Positions 30,055-41,633 of a stretch of DNA of 64,000 nt are shown here, one piece after another. The first letter of the stretch is position 1. The number at the start of each line of letters is the position of its first letter. The DNA is from Malacoraja senta. Taxonomy: Eukaryota. Below the pieces are notes generated by a model that was not told the DNA's origin, made no database searches, and worked only from the letters and a program-made list of their open reading frames with translations. The stretch lies in contig CM075994.1 in NCBI GenBank assembly GCA_038087875.1, forward strand, positions 9,364,001-9,428,000, read 5' to 3'. The translations under genes were made by a program, and so were the position numbers.

Positions 30055-33000
30055 ATGCAAGATGGTAATATGACAAGAGGGGGTGAAGGAATAATGTTTT
30101 GTAGTTGGAATGTTAAGGGAATTAATGAACCAATTAAGAGAGGTAAAGTTTTAGCACATTTAAATTCACTCAAGACAGATATAATATTCCTCCAAGAAAC
30201 ACACCTTAAAAAGGAATCACAACATAGACTAAAAGCTAAGTGGATTGCTGAAGCGTACCATTCCTCTTTTTCACACAAGTCCAGAGGAGTTGCAATATTA
30301 ATTCGTAAAGGGATATCTTTTACTCATTCATCAACAATAGCGGATATTGATGGTAGATATATTTTATTAGTTGGAGAGTTAAATGGAAAAAAAGTGATTC
30401 TTCTTAATGTATATGGACCAAATTTTGATAATCCTATGTTTTTTAATAAAACATTTAATATAATCCCAGAATGTACACAATATAAATTAATAATTGGAGG
30501 AGACTTAAATTGTACATTAGACCCTTATTTAGATAGATCATCAAGGCAAAAAAAAGTTAAATCTCAATCAAATGTATTTCTAAATTCATTTATTAATACC
30601 ACTAATATTAAGGATGTCTGGAGAATTGAAAATCCAACTGGACAGGAATATTCACTTTTTTCACCGGTACATAAAACATACTCAAGAATAGACTATTTTT
30701 AAGTTGATTCAACGTTTATCCCATTTACTTATAACTCAAAATACCATAATATTATAATCTCAGACCATGCACCTTTAACATTTATGATTAAATTAAATGG
30801 AATGGCCGAGAAACAAACATATTGGAGACTTAACCCACAAATCTTGAATGAAAGATCATGTCAGGAATATCTTATTAAACAGATTCAAACATTTTTTGAG
30901 ACTAATGACACCCCTGGCACATCTGTTTCTCTTATTTGGGAAACATTTAAAGCATTTGTACGAGGTGCATTAATTTCCTCCCAAGTATTTTATAACAAAG
31001 AGAACCGGATTAAACAACAGACATTGGAAAGGGAAATAAAGCAACTAGAATTAGAAAATGCGACAATGCCATCTATGTTAAAACATAATAAAATCGCTGT
31101 ATTGAAATATAAATTAAACAAAATGTATTCAGAACAAGTAATAAAACTTTATCAACACACTAAACAATTACATTTCAAATTCGGAGACAAACCACAAAAA
31201 CTATTAGCACGTCAGCTCCGAAAATTGGAGGGGGAAAAAATAATTCATAAAATTAGATCAGATACGGGAGAATTATTAAAACTGCCTAAGGATATAAACG
31301 AGAGATTTCTCCAATACTATCATAATCTTTATTCAACTAAAACTATAGAACTACCGGAAGGAATAGCAGAATTTTTACAAAAATGTAATTTACAAAGGTT
31401 TAGACTCAAAAGATAGATAATTATTAGAAGCTGAAATTACGATAAAAGATATTGAAGAGTCTATTAGATCTTTAAAAAATGGTAAAGCAGTAGGTCCAGA
31501 TGGTTTAGGATCTGAATTTTATTTAAAAATTTACGATTTGCTCTCTCCACGTTTACAAATACTGTATGAGTATATTTATACTCAACAGAAACTCCCAGAT
31601 ACCTTAAACGAATCTATAATAACACTTATACCAAAGGCTGATAAGGATCCTGAAGATCCAGGATCATATAGAGCAATTGCACTTTTAAATACAGATCAGA
31701 AAATACTAACTAAAATTCTAGCGCACAGATTAAGTACAGTGATGAATAAATTAATACACCCTGACCAAACAGGCTTTATTCAAAAACGGTATTCATATTT
31801 TAATTTGAGACGATTATTTAATATAATATACTCAAAGAGAATCACTAATGAAGACCTAGCAATAATCTCACTTGTTGCCGAAAAAGCTTTTGATCAGGTT
31901 GAATGGCCCTATTTATTTTCGGTGATGGAAAAATTGCAACTGGGCGAGAAATTCTGCGCATGGATAAAACTGTTATATACTAACCCAATGGCTAGAATAT
32001 TAACAAACCAAAGGTTATCATCTAAATTTAACCTATCTAGAGGTTGCAGACAAGGTTGCCCGTTGTCTCCACTATTATTTGCGCTTGCTATTGAGCCCCT
32101 CGCAGAAAGAGTTAGGACCCACCCGGAAATATATGGGTATAATACAAAGGACACAGTGAATAAAATTTCTCTATATGCAGATGATGTATTAAATTACATT
32201 ACAAAACCAGAAATGAGTGTTCCAAATTTATTAAAGCTAATAACCCAATTTGGTTCACTCTCTGGATAGAATAAATTGGAATAAAAGTGAAATTATGCCA
32301 ATAAGGGAACATAATAAACATATACTACAACAATTCCCGTTTAAAATAGTAAATGAAAAATTTAAATATCTAGGAATTTATGTCACTAAGACATATACAT
32401 CAGCGCTATATAAATAAAATGTATTATTATTATTATTATTATTATTATTTAAATCAAATTTCCCCCCATTACTGAATAAACTACATAAGAATATTCAGTA
32501 CTGGAAAACACTTCCTATCTCAATGGTTGGTAAAATTAATGCCATAAAAATGATTTTCTTACCGCAAATATTATACCTTTTTCAAACTATTCCGATATAC
32601 TTGTCAAAAAACTTTTTCAAAAAGTTGGATTCCATTATCAGTGACTTTATCTGGGATTATAAGAATCATAGGATAAGCAAAAAACATCTGTGCAAATCAA
32701 AAATAAATGGAGGTTTAGTTCTACCAAACTTTTTGTTTTATTTTTGGGCAGTTAACATTAAAAATATGAATTTTTGGTTGAAAAAAATAGATCAACAACC
32801 AGATTGGTTAAAAATGGAAAAGGAAGATTGTTTACCTTTTGAAATCGGCTCGATACTATTTGCTACTTCTAAATTAAACAAAAAAATTGATAGGGAAAAT
32901 CCTATAATATATAGTGCTATGCGAATTTGGAAACAATTAATAAAGACATTAAAATTAGATAATTTATCACTTTTTCTTCCAATTGTGAATAACCCTTTAT

Positions 33001-33908
33001 TTAAACCCTCATGGTTGGATAAAGGTTTCACACAATGGAAAAATTATGGAATTAAAATGATGGGACAACTTTACAAAGAAGGCACTTTTCTTTCATTTCA
33101 GGAGCTGCAACAGACTTATGGACTTCAAGTAAATGATTTTTTCAGATATCTTCAACTTAGAGATTATGTAAAAGCAAGTAAAAACTTTAGAATTAGAAAT
33201 TCAGAAATTCTTGATGACTGTTGGAATAAACACCCTAATACAGAAAAATTTATATCTTACATATATAATATTTTATTAGATAGCGAGATTCCATCGACGG
33301 ATTTACACAGACAAACATGGGAAAAAGAACTAAATCAAATAATAACGAAAGATACTTGGGAAGAAAGTTTACAACACATACATCAATGTTCATTAAATGC
33401 CAGACACTCTCTAATACAATTCAAAGTACTACATAGGTTACATTATTCTAAAACAAAATTAAATAAAATCTTCCCACATATTTCCCCTATACGTGATAAA
33501 TGTCAACATTTAGATGCTAACTTAACTCATACGTTTGCGAATTGTATAAAAATTAAAAAATTCTGGGCAAATATTTTTAGAATAATATCTATAGTTACCA
33601 GCACTCAATTGGACCCGGATCCAAAATTAATAATACTAGGAATATTAGAACCAAATCAAACATTTACAGCAACTCAAAGAAACTTTATTGATTATAGTAT
33701 AATAACTGGGAAAAAATTAATTCTAAAATTTTGGAAAGGTCCTATATCCCCCACAATTAAAATGTGGATTATAGAAATGACGGAGACCTTACACTTGGAA
33801 AGAATTAGATTTGTCCTGTTGGACAAACAAGAATTATTTGTTGGAACATGGTCTCCATTTATTGATTATCTAAAGGGTCAGAATGGTTCTGCACGGGAAC
33901 CTGACTAG
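30055..33908 (+). pseudogene. L1 ORF2 (APE-RT), several frameshifts and stops
   Basis: SWNVKG, FLQETH, GGDLN, YSRIDYF, RQGCPLSPLLF, LYADD, split across the ORF track. Confidence 0.92.
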
Positions 33909-35711
33909 CACTCGAGACAAGGATTAGATGAAATGTTATACTCTGAAATGTACGAACATATCTCGAATGAAGTTTTTTTTAGTAAGTTATTCCATTCTTC
34001 TCTATTATCTCTTTCTTTTTTTTCTTTTCTTTTCTCTCTTTTCTCTCTTTCTTTCATCTATCTTTTTATTTCTACTTACTTTAAAAAAAATTAAAAAATC
34101 ATTGGAGACAACGTGAATAATGTTTGACAATATTATTAATTTAGAAATGAAAGACTGGTAACGATTTTAATATGATATGTATTTACCTCCAATAAAAAAT
34201 ATTATTACAAACACTAGAATTTATTTCAGATATCTTGACATCCTTCAGGTAAGGCCATTGTATAAAATTCTTTATGTCTTGGTATATTTTAACGACCAAC
34301 AGGCATAGTTCCATGCGGAAACACTTCAGATATCGGTATGAAATTATCTTCATCCAGACTGGATATCTCCATATTTATAATACAACGACTCATGCTCTCT
34401 TTATCTTTAGTCATGGTACGTAATCGAATCGAATCCTAGTCTCTTCTCTGATATTCAGCCTTCTCGTCAGGTTTTCTGTGCAAAAGGTAGTCGAATTTCA
34501 GTGATCCACAAAAGCATATGTTTGCAACACTGTATTCGTTTTACTGTTCCTTCCTTGCACTGGTAAGATTGAAAAATTACGAGCTTCTACCCCGGCCCCA
34601 ATATGAGCAGTTACTTGAGGCGAGGTGATAGCATTTCTAGTAATTAGCTTCTCGCCCTCTTCTGTTTGTTCCGGCTCATCTTCTTCTATTTGCTCTGGTA
34701 TTTCATCATCCGTTTGTTCCAGTTCTTCTTCTTCTTCTTCATGGCGCTCTAGCAGCTCTTCTTCAGTGTGAAGTGCTTCAGGATGATATTGATTGCACTT
34801 ATAACAAATTATAGGACACTTACAGTCTCTTACCATATGTCCTTTTTTCAAACATCCAAAACAGATGCCCTTCTCTTTCAAGAAATCCACCTTGTCTTCA
34901 TATTCTTTCATCTTCAATCTACGACACCATCTTATGGAGTGACCAACTTCATCACATAACAAACAAAATGCTATTTTGCTTGCTAGTGGACACATTTATT
35001 TTTCTTTCATCTGTCTTTTCCACAGGTCTGGTAGTGATAGCAAAATTACTTCTCTTAGGTTCAGATCTTCCTTCAGTTTTGGAAAAGGTAAAACCTTTGT
35101 TAGTTGCCATTGGTTTGTAATCTTCAATATTCCCGTAGTGTTGGTCTAACATGTTCCGTACTTCCCTGTCCAAGAATTCCACCAGGTCTGGTAGCCTGGC
35201 TACTTGTTTCCTCTCATCTCTAATTTTGCCTGCTTCATCTCTACACTTTTCTCTCAATCTTCTGGGCAACATGCTCAAGATGATTCTAGTATTACTCGCA
35301 AGATTCATTTCCTCCATGTAGCCGAGATTTTTAATCGAGCTGCAACATTCTCACAGAAATATTGCATAATCACTCAATTTTTCCCTCCTGGCTTGATTTC
35401 TTTCCAAGAATGGGCCTTCTCAATGTATGCGTTCGCAATCCTCTGTTCATCACCAAAACATTCTTTTAGTAATCTTCTCGCCTTTTTATAGCCCTGGTTG
35501 CCTGGCTCCATCTGACAACTTTTAACAAGTACCTTCACACTACCACTTGTGTACTTCACCAGAAATCGTAAGCGCTCTTTTTCATCCTTAACTTTCGTCA
35601 CTAATACCTCCTCTAGTGCCCCTACGAAAGCTTCATACTCCAAAGGATCTACACCTTACGTAGGAATTTCTACTGATGGTAAAATGAGAGAGGTATTTTG
35701 TCGAGCTATAA

Positions 35712-37887
35712 TACATAGAAACATAGAAACACAGAAAATAGGTGCAGGAGTAGGCCATTCGGCCCTGATCTATTCAATATGATCATGGCTGATCATCCAA
35801 CTCAGTATCCTGTACCTGTCTTCTCTCCATACCCCCTGATCCCTTTAGCCACAAGGGCCACATCTAACTCCCTCTTAAATATAGCCAATGAACTGGCCTC
35901 AACTACCTTCTGTGGCAGAGAATTTCACAGATTCACCACTCTCTGTGTGAAAAATGATTTTCTCATCTCTATCCTAAAAGACTTCCCCCTTATACTTAAA
36001 CTGTGACCCCTTGTTCTGGACTTCACCAACATCGGGAACAATCTTCCTGCATCTAGCCTGTCCAACCCCTTAAGAATTTTGTAAGTTTCTATAAGATCCC
36101 CCTCAATCTTCTAAATTCTAGCGAGCACAAGCTGAGTCTATCCAGTCTTTCTTCATATGAAAGTCCTGCCATCCCAGGAATCAGTCTGGTGAACCTTCTC
36201 TGTATTCCCTCTATGGCAAGAATGTCCTTCCTCAGATTAGGAGACCAAAACTGTACGCAATACTCCAGGTGTGGTCTCACCAAGGCCCTGTACAACTGCA
36301 GTAGAACTTCCCTCCTCCTATACTCAAATCCTTTTGCTATGAATGCTAACATACCAATCGCTTTCTTTACTGCCTGCTGCACCTGCATGCCTACTTTCAA
36401 TGGCTGGTGTACCATGACACCCATATCTCGTTGCATCTTCCCTTTTCCTAATCGGCCACCATTCAGATAATAGTCTACTTTCCTGTTTTTGCCACCAAAG
36501 TGGATAACCTCACATTTATCCACATTATACTGCATCTGCATTGCATTTGCCCACTCACCCAACCTATCCAAGTCACCTTGCAGCCTCCTAGCATCCTCCT
36601 CACAGCTAACATTGCCCCCCAGCTTCGTGTCATCCGCAAACTTGGAGATGTTGCATTCAATTCCCTCATCCAAATCATTAATATATATTGTAAATAGCTG
36701 GGGTCCCAGCACTGAGCCTTGCGGTACCCCACTAGTCACTGCCTGTCATTCTGAAAAGGACCCGTTTACTCCTACTCTTTGCTTCCTGTCTGCCAGCCAG
36801 TTCTCTATCCACATCAATACTGAACCCCCAATACCGTGTGCTTTAAGTTTGCATACTGATCTCTTATGTGGGACCTTGTCGAAGGCCTTCTGAAAGTCCA
36901 GATACAACACATCCACTGGTTCTCCCTTATACACTCTACTGGTTACATCCTCGAAAAATTCTATAAGATTCGTCAGACATGATTTAACTTCATAAATCCA
37001 TGCTGACTTTGTCCAATGATTTCACCACTTTCCAAATGTGCTGCTATCCCATCTTTAATAACTGACTCTAGCATTTTCCCCACTACCGATGTTAGACTAA
37101 CTGGTCTGTAATTCCCCGTTTTCTCTCTCCCTCCCTTTTAAAAAGTGGGGTTACATTAGCTACCCTCCAATCCTCAGGAACTACTCCAGAATCTAAAGAG
37201 TTCTGAAAAATTATCACTAATGCATCCACTATTTCTGGGGCTACTTCCTTAAGTACTCTGGGATGCAGCCTGTCTGGCCCTGGGGATTTATCGGCCTTTA
37301 AACCATTCAATTTACCTAACACCACTTCCCGGCTAACCAGGATTTCACTCAGTTCCTCCATCTCATTTGACCCCCGGTCCCCTGCTATTTCCGGCAGATT
37401 ATTTATGTCTTCCTTAGTGAAGACAGAACCAACGTAGTTATTCAATTGGTCTGCCATATCCTTGTTCCCCATGATCAATTCACACAGTTTCTGACTGCAA
37501 GCGACCTACATTTGTTTGAACTAATCTTTGTCTCTTCACATATCTATAAAAACTTTTGCAGTCCGTTTTTTATGTTCCCTGCCAGGTTTTTTTCATAATC
37601 TATTTTCCCTTTCCTAATTAAGCCCTTTGTCCTCCTCTGCTGGACTCTGAATTTCTCCCAGTCCTCTGGTAGGCTGCTTTTTCTGGCTAATTTGTATGCT
37701 TCATCTTTTGTTTTGATACTATCCCTGATTTCCCTTGTTATCCACGGATGTGCTACCTTCCCTGATTTATTCTTTTGCCAAACTGGGATGAACAACTGTT
37801 GGAGTTCATCCATGCAGTCTTTAAATGCCTTCCATTGCATATCCACCGTCAACCATTTAAGAATCACTTGCCAGTCTATCTTGGCCA
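35712..37887 (-). mobile_element. CR1 LINE, 5'-truncated, inserted in BEL gag
   Basis: RT ORF fragments 36089-37888 and tail acatagaaacatagaaac; BEL gag resumes on both sides. Confidence 0.93.
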
Positions 37888-38899
37888 TCGAATAATCTCG
37901 TTGAATTCAGATTGCCTATTCAACAGTGCCAATAATCCATCCTGATAACTCTGGCTTGGCTCCACCTGTTGATAAAGAGGCCTTTGTGATTCAAACTGGC
38001 TTGCTCGAGCCTGTGTACCAGGCCTCGAAAAAGCGTGGTCCGCTATTGGTTTGTCTCGAGCATCCACAGACGCTCCAATAGTAATTGGTTTCGATCTAGT
38101 ACCCATTTGCTGAAATGAAGTTTTACCCATCTTATTCTGTTCCAATGGGATTTTCAAAGCCTAGAAATTCAATGGATCTCGATTGTGGAATTGTTCCAAC
38201 TGTTGATTCACTTTGAGCAGTTTTCTCTCTCGGTCCAGAGCTCATCGTTCTCGACGATCTAGAGCTGCATCTTGACCCCTCACTTTCCAATATGTCCTTC
38301 CTGGCTTTGGCCACCGCCATCTTTGTGTCTAATTCCAGTTGTTCCTTATATCGCGTCATCTATTCTCGCTGTCGAGTCATCTCTTGCGTCATCTCTTCTT
38401 GCTGTTGCGTCATCTCTCGCTCGATCTCATGTTTTTTCTTCATGGCATCCGCTTCTATATCAGCTTTTGCTCCCAATTGAGCAGAAGCCCTCGAAACCGA
38501 ACTGGCTGAGCAACCAGATCTGCAGCCTGATTTTCTTGAAGATACATTTGAGATACTGTCTCCCGGTGCAATATCACCGTATTGCACCGACAGACTTCTT
38601 CTTCTTCTTGCTTAGCATCTCCTTTTCTGTAACATTCACTTTGGTTAACTTCAGCTAACGATTTTTCTGCAACTTCCATGAATTCATCATAATACTCCGT
38701 ATTTTCTGAATACCACTTATAATGTCTTTCACGTTCCTCTTGAGATTGCTCTGCTTCCAGTAGTGTGTCCTGCTTTTCTTTAAGTTCATTATTAAGACTA
38801 CGTATCAGTCGTAATTTATCCTCCACATTATCCAGGTTGGCATCTGATTCCATGGCTACCTTCACACTTTCAAGCAGCCTTCTAATCCTCTTCCACAAC

Positions 38900-39323
38900 T
38901 CGCTAGAATTTAGGAGATTGAGAGGGGATCTTATAGAAACGTACAAAATTCTTATGGGGTTGGACAGGCTAGATGCAGGAAGATTGTTCCCGATGTTGGG
39001 GAAGTCCAGGACAAGGGGTCACAGCTTAAGGATAAGGGGGAAATCCTTTAAGACCGAGATGAGGAAAAACCTTTTCACACAGAGAATGGTGAATCTCTGG
39101 AACTCTCTGCCACAGACGGTAGTTGAGGCCAGTTCATTGGCTATATTTAAGAGGGAGTTTGATGTGGCCCTTTTGGCTAAGGGGATCAGGGGGTATGGAG
39201 AGAAGGCAGGTACGGGATACTGAGTTGGATGATCAGCCATGATCATATTGAATGGCGGTGCAGGCTCGAAGGGCCGAATGGCCTACTCCTGCACCTATTT
39301 TCTATGTATCTATGTATCTATGT
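38900..39323 (+). mobile_element. Short CR1 3' fragment inserted in BEL gag
   Basis: SLEFRRLRGDLIETYK...GTGY* and (ctatgtat)n tail; splits KETESDR|ELWKR. Confidence 0.92.
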
Positions 39324-40355
39324 TCTATCCGATTCGGTTTCCTTCACCATGACATCCGCTTCTATTGAGAGCGCAGCTAACTCAGCTTTAACTCCCAGTT
39401 GAGCAGAAGCCCTCGAAACAGAACTGGCTGAAGAACCAGATTTATATCCTGAACTATCGGAGCTGCAACTGCAGCCTCTGCTACTGCTGTCGGCTCTTTT
39501 GGCCACAGACTTTGCAGGCAGTAATGAAGGCTTGGCCTTTGCCATTCGTAGTTGGGCTACGGGGGTCTTCAACTGAGGCTCTTCATCGCTTGAAGACTCT
39601 TCGGTATTTTCAGAATCGGACTCGCTGTCTGAGCTGGTACTGGCCTTCTTGGCCGCAGGCTTCTGAGCGGCAGCTGCCGCCTTGGCCAGCGTAGGGTCAG
39701 CTTTCCTCTGTGCAATTGTTGTGGCAGGTTTTAGGGTTGCCTCTTCATCACTACTGCCTGAGCTGTCGTCTGACAAGTCACTGATTTCCATTTTACTCAC
39801 TCCTGCGGCTAGTTTCTTCTCGGTCACGCCTGCTTTTCCATTCTGAACTTTGGGAGATGGTACAGCACTGTACAAACCTTGTTGTGCTTTGCCTTTCGCA
39901 GGAGACTCATCATCTGATCTATCAGACTCTTCACTGCTTGAACTTTCATCTTCCATTCTGGCACCTTGTTGCTTCGCACTTCCAGCTACTAAGCTCGTAA
40001 CTTGTGACATAGTTTCAGATAGCCAGTTCTCTGCCTTATCGATGAAACCATTAAATAACTTCCACTTGTCTTCCCACCACTGGGTGTGTCTTCTATCTTC
40101 TTCCCGAGACAGCTGTGAAAACAGCAGTACATTCTGTTTCTTGCCAACCTCCTGGTAGAGGTTCCATAGTTGGCTCATATTAGATTGCACCTTGATCGCG
40201 TTCTCTTCTGATTCCATTAGTTTCTTCTGTGTATCAATTAATCTGTTAACCTGCGACCATAATTCGTTTCTCTCTCTCTTGGTTTCTCTCAAACAAGCAG
40301 CTAGTGAAATATCTGTTTCTTTGTCTGGGTCTTTCTTCACCACCACGTGGTCCAT
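39324..40355 (-). CDS. BEL gag N-terminal ORF containing a Nopp140/NOLC1-like segment
   Basis: Stop-free 345-aa ORF: helical gag module, alternating acidic-serine and K/A/P blocks (aa ~135-302), then SASSVSRASAQLG. Cut at its 3' end by the CR1. Confidence 0.65.
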
Positions 40356-41633
40356 CTGGCATAGCTCATTCTTCTTCTAATTTCATGATTTTAAAGGGGT
40401 CTTGGCAGATTGCCAAGTCTTTAAATTAATCGAACAAAAGTCTCTGCTAGTAGTTGTGGCTTTGTTTTGTCAACATTTCTTTCAAAATCATAACATACTG
40501 ATAATGTAGAGAACACCTCTCTAACTCCAGGTGCAAAAAGAATGATGCTAATTCAAATGGAATGCGCTTATCACAAGCAATTCAAAACAATCCAAGGTCG
40601 GTCTGTTTTCCCCAGACAACCTGGAGAAAACACCTTCTGAGTTCTCTGTTACAGAAGTCTTTTAAAATAAAGCTGTGATTTCAATTCAAAGAGTAATAAT
40701 CGATTTGTACTCACAAATCCAGTGATACGTCTTCAGATACGTCTTGACGCTATAGATAGACCTCAAGGCCCTTCTCTGGCCGAGATCTAGTTCCTCCTGG
40801 AACCACTTTCTTCTGGCTAAAACCTCTCCGAGAATCTTAGCCAATCTTTTGTTTTCATCTCTGGGACTTGTTTGGCTCCTGTGATGGAGGTCTTCTTCGA
40901 TTTAATCTTCTGTCCCTCTCTCTGAGACTGGTATTTAACCCCCCTGCCAGAGGTTGCCTTCTACTTAATGTATCGGCAGATTTTCATATCTTTCAGGTAA
41001 TTAGCACCCTAGCCGCTATTTGGATGAGAATGGTTGAAGTGGGAGTCTTCTAAACGCATGTGAGCTCACTCACAGAGACCTTCAGAGCTTCTTCTCAGAT
41101 ATGGCTTAAAAACACAGTCTTTCGATGAATAAATGCTTTTATTGTTGATAGAAAACAGTAAGATACATTAAGTTTCTTCCGACTAGGAAACTCCTCGTGT
41201 CTCCGTAACACTGGCAAGATCCGCATGATCCCGCATGATCTCCTTTAGATTTCCCATAGACCCTGCATGGCCCGCATGGTAGAAGGGTTAACCTTCCCCC
41301 ATTGTCTCTCCAAACTAACCAAAAAAATTAAACTTCTGCGCAAGCATCTAAGCTCCAAACACGCCCCAAAACACATCATAAATCCACCCACAATATAACG
41401 GGCAGTCTAAAATTTAAAGGCATCAATGACATGCAAAACAGGCCAAATGGCCACAACATTAAGGTCAAGACTGCTTTATCAAAGGGAGCTGAGGGAATGC
41501 TCTGTGTTCTGTTTCACAGAGACATGGCTCACCCCAAGCTCCCCAGACTCAGCGGTCCAGCCTGAAGGGTTCTCCATCCACCGTATGGACCACATCTGGG
41601 AAATGGAGAGGAGGGGGCGTCTTGGTCAACTCT

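Larger units (their letters stand above)
27891..34209 (+). mobile_element. Full-length L1 LINE (6.3 kb), mutated
   Basis: 17-bp TSD aacactagaatttattt at 27874-27890 and 34210-34226; 5' end gacttccggtggcg; AATAAA at 34191. Confidence 0.95.
26840..41209 (-). mobile_element. Decayed BEL/Pao LTR retrotransposon split by an L1 and two CR1 insertions
   Basis: Order on the minus strand: gag N-terminal modules, LPSVEIPT*GVDPLEYEAF (DUF1759-like), three zinc knuckles (CLLCDEVGHSIRWC, CFGCLKKGHMVRDC, CYKCNQYHPEALH), protease-like TYAFVDH, VDLLIG...GPYATKTRL*W, LPNNR, RT NFYKDDCL and ERALG. Right boundary (TGTTAC on minus at 41209) is tentative; no 3' LTR seen. Confidence 0.85.

Noticed and set aside
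39318..40355. A genuine host NOLC1 gene
   Set aside because: No LisH-like N-terminus or SRP40 C-terminal domain is visible, and the segment is embedded in BEL gag.
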